Of a stretch of DNA of 64,000 nt, positions 45,445-53,171 are shown piece by piece (position 1 is the stretch's first letter; every line of letters starts with the position of its first letter). The position numbers and the translations under genes are program-made. The notes below the pieces were generated by a model. It was given only the letters and a program-made list of their open reading frames with translations. It was not told the DNA's origin and made no database searches. The stretch is from the IMG/VR virus record IMGVR_UViG_3300027759_006101, positions 186,001-250,000 of that record. One strand, 5' to 3'.

Positions 45445-46200
45445 GTAAGCAATTTGACAAAAGAATATGGAAATCGGTGGCTTGACGTCGTAAGATAATA
45501 ATAAAGGGATAAAGTAATTCTCTACTGCTCCCGCCAAATAAAATTGGTCAGTCAAGCAAGCTCAATCTTTGTGAGTTTCAAGCACAGAACTTGGAAATAT
45601 GGAATAAGATGAAAGCGGACTTATATACGCTGAATATAAGCCAAGCACAGCATCATCGAAGCCTAAAAGATGAAGAGTAATTATAAGGTTCGAGAAGTCA
45701 CGATTAAGAGCTTTATAGTATGATGAGAGGTTTTGCGGAAGATACAATTTAATTCCTTCCGTTATAGTCTCAAAATCAGGTCTAAATACTTTGTGGAGTA
45801 TTAGGCATTGAAGTGAGTTGTATTCCTTATCCAGGAGCAACAAGATACGCACACTTCTGTAGAGAGCGGGTATAGAATTATTAAAGAGATCGCAATCCGT
45901 TGATAAGATAACAATAATTCACTCAAGAAATAGACGTATCTCGTGTTAGTTGTAAACAATCAAAAAATAAAAAGTGTAATGCAACAAACACTTAAAACAT
46001 AGTGCAGATGCTTAAACATCTAAAATTTCACTTATGTTTAAAAGACTAACATTAGACTAGAAATGCCACTAGTTTAAAAAGGCGATTGTGTAGTTTGACT
46101 GTAAAGTGGATAAGCAAGCAATCTATAAGTTGCGAGTAGAGTAATCTTGCAAACGAAACTACAGGGCTAGAAATAATCTCATTCTAGCCCTTTACTTTTT
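45445..46200 (+). ncRNA. putative large structured ncRNA (~750 nt; GOLLD/ROOL-class candidate)
   Basis: TATAAT at 45433-45438; no credible ORF; at least 9 helices (e.g. GCTTGAC 45480/GTCAAGC 45551 and TGTAGTTT 46089/AAACTACA 46156); 3' terminator. Confidence 0.65.
46163..46200 (+). terminator. intrinsic terminator closing the ncRNA
   Basis: AGGGCTAGAA...TTCTAGCCCT followed by TTACTTTTT. Confidence 0.85.
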
Positions 46201-46245
46201 TAAGTGTCTATGATAAAAACATAGAATATTAATTTGAGGAATATT

Positions 46246-46701
46246 ATGAAAACACAATTTTTATTATTAACATTATCTTTATCTTCTTTGTGTTTTGGCC
46301 AACAATTTGGAAATAATTTTTCACAAAATCCATATTCAGAATCATATTTTGTAAAGCCTAATCAAACTTTATTAAATGCAAATGTAAAACTTAAAAAACT
46401 TCCAGGTTTTGAAGTAAACATTGATAGCTTGCATAAAGGCACAGATTTATCTGCATCAGAAAAACACAAATTGCTGATGGGTTACAATTATAAGTCACCT
46501 ATAGGTACGTTCAATTTTTCTGCCGGGAACACAAAAATGCCAGGATTTGTTGAAGATAAGAAATCACTTTCTGCATCTTATGTACTCAAAAATAAATGGA
46601 GTGATTTTAAATTTTCTTATGAAAATAATAATAATTTATTACCAAACTCTAATAAATTCAGTGACCCTAGATTAGTTGTTTCCGGTTCTTTCATTTTATA
46701 A
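46246..46701 (+). CDS. exported beta-rich protein (signal peptide)
   Basis: MKTQFLLLTLSLSSLCFG; GAGGA RBS; late-type promoter upstream. Confidence 0.65.
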   Translation: MKTQFLLLTLSLSSLCFGQQFGNNFSQNPYSESYFVKPNQTLLNANVKLKKLPGFEVNIDSLHKGTDLSASEKHKLLMGYNYKSPIGTFNFSAGNTKMPGFVEDKKSLSASYVLKNKWSDFKFSYENNNNLLPNSNKFSDPRLVVSGSFIL

Positions 46702-46718
46702 GGTACAATGAACGTATT

Positions 46719-47612
46719 ATGGAAAAAACACCAGAATACGCATTAGAAGCTGGAATTGCTGTTTGGACTGCTGATAATCAAGATATTGTCAAGTGCGCTC
46801 TTGAATTAGCTACAGTATCAACTAACTTAGGATTAGTTGATACAAATCAAAACTCTTTTATGGGAATTGTTCCTACTGAAGTTTTTGGTCCAGATGGCAA
46901 TTTGATTCACGAATGTTTTTTAAACATCAATCATATGGCTTGGGGATATTTTAAGATTATCATCAAGTCAATTTCTCATTTTGAAGTAATTGCTCCAAGA
47001 CTTACTACTTTCAAGAATCAAATCTTGCTTTCACAACAAGAAGCTTTAGATTTCATTAAAGATCTTGCTACGTCTCTTGATGATTTATATCTGCTTGAGT
47101 CATTCCTTGAAAAAGAAGAAATTCGTGATGCTGAAAAATTACTTGAAAATATGCTTATTGGATATCACGAAGCAGTAAAGCACGAACTTATTTCAATCAA
47201 AGAATATATTTCTAGTTTTCCAGGCAAGATGTATATTCAAAGCACAAATAGTGATGACAAGCAATATATTGATGATATTCCTAATCGTTATGATTTAGCC
47301 TTACAACACCCTGAAAACTGGCATATCGAGTTCTTTGATGGCATCGGTACTACAGAGCAAGAAGATAAGGAATTTCGTAAGAGACTTTCAGAATTTCAGA
47401 AGCTTGAAAATCATTATGCTTGTAGGTTATATCTAGCACAGAAAATTGTGTTAGAATCTAAGCGTAGGTTGACTGTTTTGACAGATAGTGAAGTTCCTGA
47501 GCCTGATACTAGCGGTGAAGTCTTGTATGATAAAGGATTGGGACTTGCTCTTGTTCGACCTGTAATTCACTGTATTGGAATGAGAATAGATTATGAATTC
47601 TTATGTTCGTAA
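46719..47612 (+). CDS. hypothetical protein
   Basis: 297-aa ORF. Confidence 0.7.
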   Translation: MEKTPEYALEAGIAVWTADNQDIVKCALELATVSTNLGLVDTNQNSFMGIVPTEVFGPDGNLIHECFLNINHMAWGYFKIIIKSISHFEVIAPRLTTFKNQILLSQQEALDFIKDLATSLDDLYLLESFLEKEEIRDAEKLLENMLIGYHEAVKHELISIKEYISSFPGKMYIQSTNSDDKQYIDDIPNRYDLALQHPENWHIEFFDGIGTTEQEDKEFRKRLSEFQKLENHYACRLYLAQKIVLESKRRLTVLTDSEVPEPDTSGEVLYDKGLGLALVRPVIHCIGMRIDYEFLCS

Positions 47613-48300
47613 AGATTATGCCAGAAAAACCAGCAACAAATACTCTCAGGCTCAACTTGATGTAGCAGGTAAATATTGCACAAAAATTATTTGCCTGTAT
47701 TTATTTAAAGAAATTGCGCCTGAATACACACTTGACTTGACTGAAAAATATATTTTTGGTGACATTATAACTCGTACAAATGATAAGTTTGTCCGAGCAA
47801 GTGAGAGTGAATGCAAGGGTACTAAGTTGTTTGATATGGTTTGGAATCTCAAATGGGAGCCAAACCTATTGAAAAAGAAAGGCTTAGAACAATTTAGCTC
47901 TATTTTTAAGACTGATGTTACAGGAAGTGTGGAAGTTTTAGATTATTCAAAAATAACTCAAACTTCAATATACACTGGACATAGACTTTCAAAACCAGAA
48001 GATATATTTGAATTTTATCATTTCCTCTTTCCTTTAGAAGAAGCAATGGAATGTATGAATAATAAAACTTTTCCCTCAAGGTTTATTTATTGGAAGTTGA
48101 ATCCTGAAATTTACGGACTTCAATATAAAGAAGAAATTTCATCTGATGCTGATGGAAATAAATTTAAGGAACTCAAATCCAAAGTTCCATTGAAGTATAT
48201 TGAAAGAATTACATTTAATTCTGACACAGGTAAATTTACAAGATTAGAAAAATATAAGACATACACTAAGAATGATGGAAACTTAACATATGAATATTAA
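47593..48300 (+). CDS. hypothetical protein (possible PD-(D/E)XK: GD...ESECK)
   Basis: 235-aa coupled ORF; motif weak. Confidence 0.55.
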   Translation: MNSYVRKDYARKTSNKYSQAQLDVAGKYCTKIICLYLFKEIAPEYTLDLTEKYIFGDIITRTNDKFVRASESECKGTKLFDMVWNLKWEPNLLKKKGLEQFSSIFKTDVTGSVEVLDYSKITQTSIYTGHRLSKPEDIFEFYHFLFPLEEAMECMNNKTFPSRFIYWKLNPEIYGLQYKEEISSDADGNKFKELKSKVPLKYIERITFNSDTGKFTRLEKYKTYTKNDGNLTYEY

Positions 48301-48661
48301 AATTACAGACAAAGCAGCCGAATTAGTGAAAGATTCTATATCTCAAATTGAAACAGATGATCCACATCTCTACTTTTATGTAGCTGGAGGAGGTTGCTCT
48401 GGGCTTCAATACGGATTGGCTGTCTCTGAAGGTGAGCCGGAAATTGACGACATTATTGTTTATGACAATGATATCAAAATTGTAGTTGATGCAAAATCAG
48501 CAAAATATCTTGATGGTGCAATTATATGCTACAAAGAAGATGGATTGATGTCAGGATTCAAGATTGAAAATCCTAATGCTGAAAAGAGTTGTGGTTGTGG
48601 CAGTTCTTTTTCAGTTGACGGAGAAACTTATGACTCTTGTGGTGGCTGTGGATATAAGTAA
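48290..48661 (+). CDS. HesB/IscA/ErpA iron-sulfur cluster assembly accessory protein
   Basis: ITDKAA, GGGCSGLQY and NPNA..SCGCGSSF. Confidence 0.92.
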   Translation: MNIKITDKAAELVKDSISQIETDDPHLYFYVAGGGCSGLQYGLAVSEGEPEIDDIIVYDNDIKIVVDAKSAKYLDGAIICYKEDGLMSGFKIENPNAEKSCGCGSSFSVDGETYDSCGGCGYK

Positions 48662-48873
48662 TCTTTCTTTATCCCAATAATCATATTGATAGCCTTTCCA
48701 AATTTAGTTTTACGCTGTTTTTTGGAAAGGTTTTCTTCTATTTTTTCAAGCTGTTCAACGCTCATCAACAAACAGATATCTAAACTCTTCACCATATCTT
48801 TTCTAGATAATTCTAATTCAGTGAGTTTTCTAGCCACCATTGCTTTGTAGCCGTCTGAGTCTGAATAATCCAT
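48628..48873 (-). CDS. hypothetical protein
   Basis: Coupled ORF. Confidence 0.5.
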   Translation of the reverse strand: MDYSDSDGYKAMVARKLTELELSRKDMVKSLDICLLMSVEQLEKIEENLSKKQRKTKFGKAINMIIGIKKDYLYPQPPQES

Positions 48874-49247
48874 TACATCATTTTCAAACGATATTTTGTC
48901 TGATTTAAGATAGCAAGCATTTCATCTTTGATATTTAATAAATCAGTATCAGAATTTGAGTCTAATGATTGAGGAAGATAATTTATAAAATATTCAACTG
49001 CTTCATCGATAAATACATTGTAATCATCAGATAAATTTTCAAGATTTACAACAAAACCATTCTTGCCCATCAAAGCGCCATTCTTACCTTGAAAAACTTC
49101 TATGAAATCATCAATAAGTGGGTCAAGTGCTTCATAAGCTTTTCCGAATGCCTCGTGTTGAGCAAAAGAACCTGGCTTCTTTTGTGTTTGCCAATGATAA
49201 ACTCTAAACTGATTCTGTATTGTTAAAAGATTTGTAATTATATTCAT
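48873..49247 (-). CDS. ferritin/Dps-like four-helix protein (DUF5856-type)
   Basis: YHWQT...FAQHEAFGKAYE.L..LID.FIEVFQG...IKDEML. Confidence 0.75.
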   Translation of the reverse strand: MNIITNLLTIQNQFRVYHWQTQKKPGSFAQHEAFGKAYEALDPLIDDFIEVFQGKNGALMGKNGFVVNLENLSDDYNVFIDEAVEYFINYLPQSLDSNSDTDLLNIKDEMLAILNQTKYRLKMM

Positions 49248-49909
49248 TTGTAACTCTCCAAGGTTTCATTGACAAAATCCCAATTAATTAAGTTAACCCA
49301 TTTTTTTAAATATTTTTCTCTATCATTTTGATATTTTAAATAGTAAGCGTGTTCCCATAAATCACATCCGATTAATGGTTTGCCGCATTCTTCTATATAT
49401 GGATTGTTTTGATTTGCCATTGAAGACAGTTTTAGATTTCTACCATCTTCAGTGCATAACCAAACCCAACCAGAACCAAAATGATCCATTCCTGTTTTGA
49501 TAAATTCTATTTTAAACTTATCAAGTGACCCAAACTTCTTGTCAATAAGATTTTTTATAGCGCCAGAGTAGACAGGCTTTTCAGTAGTCATTACATTCCA
49601 GAAGAAAGAATGATTGAAATATCCACCAGCATTATTCTTAAACTTTTCTCTATCTTTTGCTGGAATCTTATTTAAATCTGACATTAATTCGACTAATGAA
49701 TTCTTTTGTAATTTTGAGTTTTCATCAACAATGCTCATCATATTATCAAAATATTTTTTCTGATGCTTTGTGTGATGAATTTTCATTGTTTCTGCGTCAA
49801 TTACAGGTTCTAGAAAAGAATATTCGTATGGTAATTTTTGGAATTCAAAACCGTTTGATTCTACTTTTTCTTTTTTTGATGAAAGTATTACAGTATTAGT
49901 TATAAACAT
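49244..49909 (-). CDS. sod: Fe/Mn superoxide dismutase
   Basis: LPY...LEP...MKIHHTKH, NHSFFW, FGSGWVWL and DLWEHAYY. Confidence 0.93.
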   Translation of the reverse strand: MFITNTVILSSKKEKVESNGFEFQKLPYEYSFLEPVIDAETMKIHHTKHQKKYFDNMMSIVDENSKLQKNSLVELMSDLNKIPAKDREKFKNNAGGYFNHSFFWNVMTTEKPVYSGAIKNLIDKKFGSLDKFKIEFIKTGMDHFGSGWVWLCTEDGRNLKLSSMANQNNPYIEECGKPLIGCDLWEHAYYLKYQNDREKYLKKWVNLINWDFVNETLESYK

Positions 49910-50355
49910 TATCCACCCTGGACAAACACATTGTAATTACCTCTTTCATTTGGTTGATTACTCCATTGTAATTGTAAAACACCCTGATAAGAAGTTAAGT
50001 TATTAAATGCGCTTGTATTTGCTGCGCCTTGTTTGCACGATAGAATAAAGTTGCCCGGATTTACACCATTTCTAGCAGCCCACTCATTAAAGTTTTCTTC
50101 TGTGCCCATATCATTATTCTGCCCACTTAGAAAAAACTTTCCATTTTGGTCAACATTTCCGTGAACTATACTGACCATTTTCCCAGTAGTAACATCACGA
50201 ACAGTTACAGGCGCACCAGTTGTTTTGAACTGCTGAAGCTTTGGTAAATCTGCTTGAGAAATTTCTATACCCTGTCCACCACCTGAAATGGTTGATGGAT
50301 TAGAAGTAGTTGTCAAATTTTGTAAAGGCTGAGCTTGAGAATATCTGTACCACAT
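49909..50355 (-). CDS. MWY-tagged protein with HG...LSC dyad-like motif
   Basis: MWYRYSQA; IVHGN...FILSCKQG; late-type promoter upstream. Confidence 0.6.
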   Translation of the reverse strand: MWYRYSQAQPLQNLTTTSNPSTISGGGQGIEISQADLPKLQQFKTTGAPVTVRDVTTGKMVSIVHGNVDQNGKFFLSGQNNDMGTEENFNEWAARNGVNPGNFILSCKQGAANTSAFNNLTSYQGVLQLQWSNQPNERGNYNVFVQGG

Positions 50356-50378
50356 AATATTTTTATTCTATGAAAAGA

Positions 50379-50918
50379 CTAACTAACCTTCCATTCAATA
50401 AAACTTTCATAAGAGATACATTCAGTACAAAGATCCTCTAATTCAGTTAATGCTTCAAATATATTTTCAACAAGAGCTGTATCATTTTGTGACAAATCTA
50501 TAAACTGCACTAACTTTTTATGAAACTTTTCTGGATGCATTTTTCCAAACATTGGGAGTTTCATTTCGTTTAAAATATCTCTAGCAATATTTTTTGGAAT
50601 TATAATTTGATTAAAATTTGTATTGAGATCTTTTGCTTGGATTGTGATCCTTACTGCATCAGGCAATATAAAATCCCAAGCATATTCTTTACAAAAAGGA
50701 AAATCCATATCCAGAACAAACCCAAGATTAGTGAACTCTTTTTGCCAATATGCCAAAGGATAATTTATAGAGTTTTTATTTTTGACAAGAGCCAACATTT
50801 CTTCTGGAAGTGTTGGCTCAATATCTGGATGAATATGAAAAGTAGCAGACCAAAGGACAGTATCTTTTACCTCGTCATCTCCTAAATCCACAGGCTGAAA
50901 AACTACGTGTTTTGACAT
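50379..50918 (-). CDS. hypothetical protein
   Basis: 179-aa coupled ORF. Confidence 0.65.
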   Translation of the reverse strand: MSKHVVFQPVDLGDDEVKDTVLWSATFHIHPDIEPTLPEEMLALVKNKNSINYPLAYWQKEFTNLGFVLDMDFPFCKEYAWDFILPDAVRITIQAKDLNTNFNQIIIPKNIARDILNEMKLPMFGKMHPEKFHKKLVQFIDLSQNDTALVENIFEALTELEDLCTECISYESFIEWKVS

Positions 50919-51196
50919 TATATTGTAGGTTCTTCAACTTCAGTTTTTTTGATATGTTCGTTTACATAAGTTCTCAAGAAATAGATTTCTTTTCTTAAAT
51001 CAGCTAACTCTCTATGTAAAGCTCCTACTTCTTCATTCATTCTATAGGGTGCTGGATCAACTATTGCATTTCTTCTATTTATAATGAGTTCAGCTTCTTC
51101 TTTAGTGAGATAATTTGACATTTCTTTTTTGATTTGTGTTATCATTTCATCAGTTTCAAGAAAAGAATAACTTTTTTGCCTATAAAAATGAGACAT
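50918..51196 (-). CDS. hypothetical protein
   Basis: 92-aa coupled ORF. Confidence 0.6.
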   Translation of the reverse strand: MSHFYRQKSYSFLETDEMITQIKKEMSNYLTKEEAELIINRRNAIVDPAPYRMNEEVGALHRELADLRKEIYFLRTYVNEHIKKTEVEEPTI

Positions 51197-51852
51197 TAGA
51201 AATTTCTTCCTCCGCCAAATCCACCATTACCAGAGAATCCACCTTGACTTCCCATCATACCGCCAAAGCCCCCCATTGCTCCTCCGCCCATTCCGTTACC
51301 AGCGCCCATTCCAAAGCCTCCATTGCCTCCCATAGCGCCGTTCCCAAAACCGCCAGCCCCACCAAAGCCACCTGTGCCCATTCCATTCATTCCACCTGTA
51401 TATCTACTAAATTGATTAATAAATAATATATTACCCAAAACTGCTTGTAAATCAAATGGATCTATATAATTTAAATGAATTTTTTCCCAAGCTCTAGAAG
51501 TTTTTGTTTCTATAATTAAGTCAGAATAATTAGTAGGCTCTGGGTTTGGTCCTATTACTATTTTTCTACTCTTTACAATATAAACATCATTTTCTTTAGT
51601 ATATGTAAGGGGAATTGTATTTGCTCTCATAACTAATTTGAGAGCATTTTCAAATGGTTGTTCTGAAAGATTCATTGAAATTACACCAGACACAGAGTTT
51701 TCAATGACATAACTTTTGATTCCAGCTTGTTTAAAAATCATTTCCAAGCTTGTTCTTACTGGCGCATCTTTTAACTCCATTGTTATATTAGATTGCGCAA
51801 AAGAGACTGAACAAATCACTAAAAGGACTAAGAGAGCAAATAACTTTTTCAT
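51196..51852 (-). CDS. exported secretin/TonB short N-terminal (STN) domain protein with Gly/Met-rich tail
   Basis: Signal peptide; ITMELKDAPVRTSLEMIFKQAG..YVI..SVSGVISMNL.E.PFENAL; WEKIHLNYIDP; GGFGG tail. Confidence 0.75.
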   Translation of the reverse strand: MKKLFALLVLLVICSVSFAQSNITMELKDAPVRTSLEMIFKQAGIKSYVIENSVSGVISMNLSEQPFENALKLVMRANTIPLTYTKENDVYIVKSRKIVIGPNPEPTNYSDLIIETKTSRAWEKIHLNYIDPFDLQAVLGNILFINQFSRYTGGMNGMGTGGFGGAGGFGNGAMGGNGGFGMGAGNGMGGGAMGGFGGMMGSQGGFSGNGGFGGGRNF

Positions 51853-52214
51853 TTTTTCTTAGGCTCCACGTTATATATTTTTTTCTTGCCAATTGTTTCG
51901 ACAGTAAATGTTACATTGTATTTTGATGATAAGTACCCTATTGCTTCGTCAAGAGTAAAATCAACAAAACTGAAATTCTTCTTATCTAGCTTATCCAATG
52001 AACTGTCAATATATTTATTTCTTATATTAGCTTGCTTGAAAAAACCTTCAATAACTTCCTTGGCATTTCTGTAATATGTTGAATTTAAACTAATCAAAAT
52101 TTCTTTTTTTGGTTTTTCGTCAACTTGAAAGATTGGCTGAGCAGGCCGAGAAAAAGATTCTACTGGCGATAAAACAATACACAAACAGCCTAAGATAGCA
52201 AAAACATTATTCAT
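51849..52214 (-). CDS. exported STN-like domain protein
   Basis: Signal peptide; EVIEGFFKQANI...FVDFTLDEAIGYL...VTFTVE. Confidence 0.55.
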   Translation of the reverse strand: MNNVFAILGCLCIVLSPVESFSRPAQPIFQVDEKPKKEILISLNSTYYRNAKEVIEGFFKQANIRNKYIDSSLDKLDKKNFSFVDFTLDEAIGYLSSKYNVTFTVETIGKKKIYNVEPKKK

Positions 52215-52252
52215 TCTATTATCCTCTATATCATAAATTGTACAATCCTAAT

Positions 52253-52540
52253 ATGAACTACGAAGATTTAGACGAAGAACAGCAATTAGAACTTCAAAAA
52301 CAATTTGAAGAAAATAGAAAAATTATTCTTGCTATGGATCCAGAAACATTTTTGGAGAGATTGGTAAAGATGCACGATTCTACTGATGTTATTTTAGAAG
52401 GCTATGATTTAGTGACTAACATTAATGAAGGACACGGAATTGCAGTAGCCGGATTAATTAGATTGAGAAATGCACTTATGGATAGCATTGAGTGGATTAC
52501 TACAAATCTAATTGCTGGTGATGAAGAAGAAGAACTATAA
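52253..52540 (+). CDS. hypothetical acidic protein
   Basis: Start moved to ATG 52253, 6 nt after TACAAT. Confidence 0.65.
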   Translation: MNYEDLDEEQQLELQKQFEENRKIILAMDPETFLERLVKMHDSTDVILEGYDLVTNINEGHGIAVAGLIRLRNALMDSIEWITTNLIAGDEEEEL

Positions 52541-52965
52541 TGTCTGCATATAAGAAGATTGAATGTGAAATTGTTGATAAAGAATGTTTATTAGAAGCAT
52601 TAAGTCTTCTTGGTTTTTATCCTGATGTTTTGAATGAGCCAAAAAACTTAAAAGGTTATAGGGGTGATGATCGGAAAGAAGTTGCCCATATTATTATCCC
52701 AAGAGACCAAGTCAATAAGTTCACTGGTGCATCTAACGACATTGGATTTTTCTGGAATGAAAAAGAGCAGAAATATGACTTTATTCTTTCAGATTATGAT
52801 AAAGCAAAAATTATGGATCAAAGAATTATTCAAGCATATGTAAAAGTTGCTCTGGAAAAAGCATTAGCCAAAAATGGATTCAAGATTAAAGTAAATATAA
52901 ATGATGAGGAATTCTTGAAACGAACTATGTCTGAAATGGAAATAGTTGCAAGAAAAATAATCTAA
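52540..52965 (+). CDS. DUF1257 (Ycf35-like) protein
   Basis: MSAY..IECEI.DKE.L.EAL..LG, GYRG, SNDIGF and YDFI.SDYD. Confidence 0.8.
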   Translation: MSAYKKIECEIVDKECLLEALSLLGFYPDVLNEPKNLKGYRGDDRKEVAHIIIPRDQVNKFTGASNDIGFFWNEKEQKYDFILSDYDKAKIMDQRIIQAYVKVALEKALAKNGFKIKVNINDEEFLKRTMSEMEIVARKII

Positions 52966-53171
52966 TGGCAAAAGAAGTAGAACTTAATATCAAGATTGGT
53001 AAAGATGGAAAAGTTGAAGTTGAGCCTAAAGGTACATCTGGAAAAGAATGTTTAGAACTTATGAAATTTCTTGACAAAATTCCTGGATTTGTTGTGAAAG
53101 AAACAACCCCAAACAAAGATATGCAGGACGATTATAAAGAAATTGTTAATCAGGAGAATAAAACAAAATGA
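52965..53171 (+). CDS. DUF2997 protein
   Basis: IKIGKDGKVEVE.KG.SG.EC; follows DUF1257. Confidence 0.8.
   Translation: MAKEVELNIKIGKDGKVEVEPKGTSGKECLELMKFLDKIPGFVVKETTPNKDMQDDYKEIVNQENKTK

Noticed and set aside
45562-45852. 96-aa antisense ORF
   Set aside because: No RBS or recognisable motif, atypical composition; lies opposite the promoter- and terminator-bounded structured RNA.
45445-46200. tmRNA, RNase P RNA, group I/II intron or tRNA cluster
   Set aside because: No GGGG..5'/..CCA-3' tRNA-like ends or tag ORF, no GAGGAAAGTCC RNase P signature, no GTGCG start or domain V, and no cloverleafs.
51136-51426. Ser/His/Ala-rich + strand ORF
   Set aside because: Antisense to the Gly/Met tail of the STN protein.
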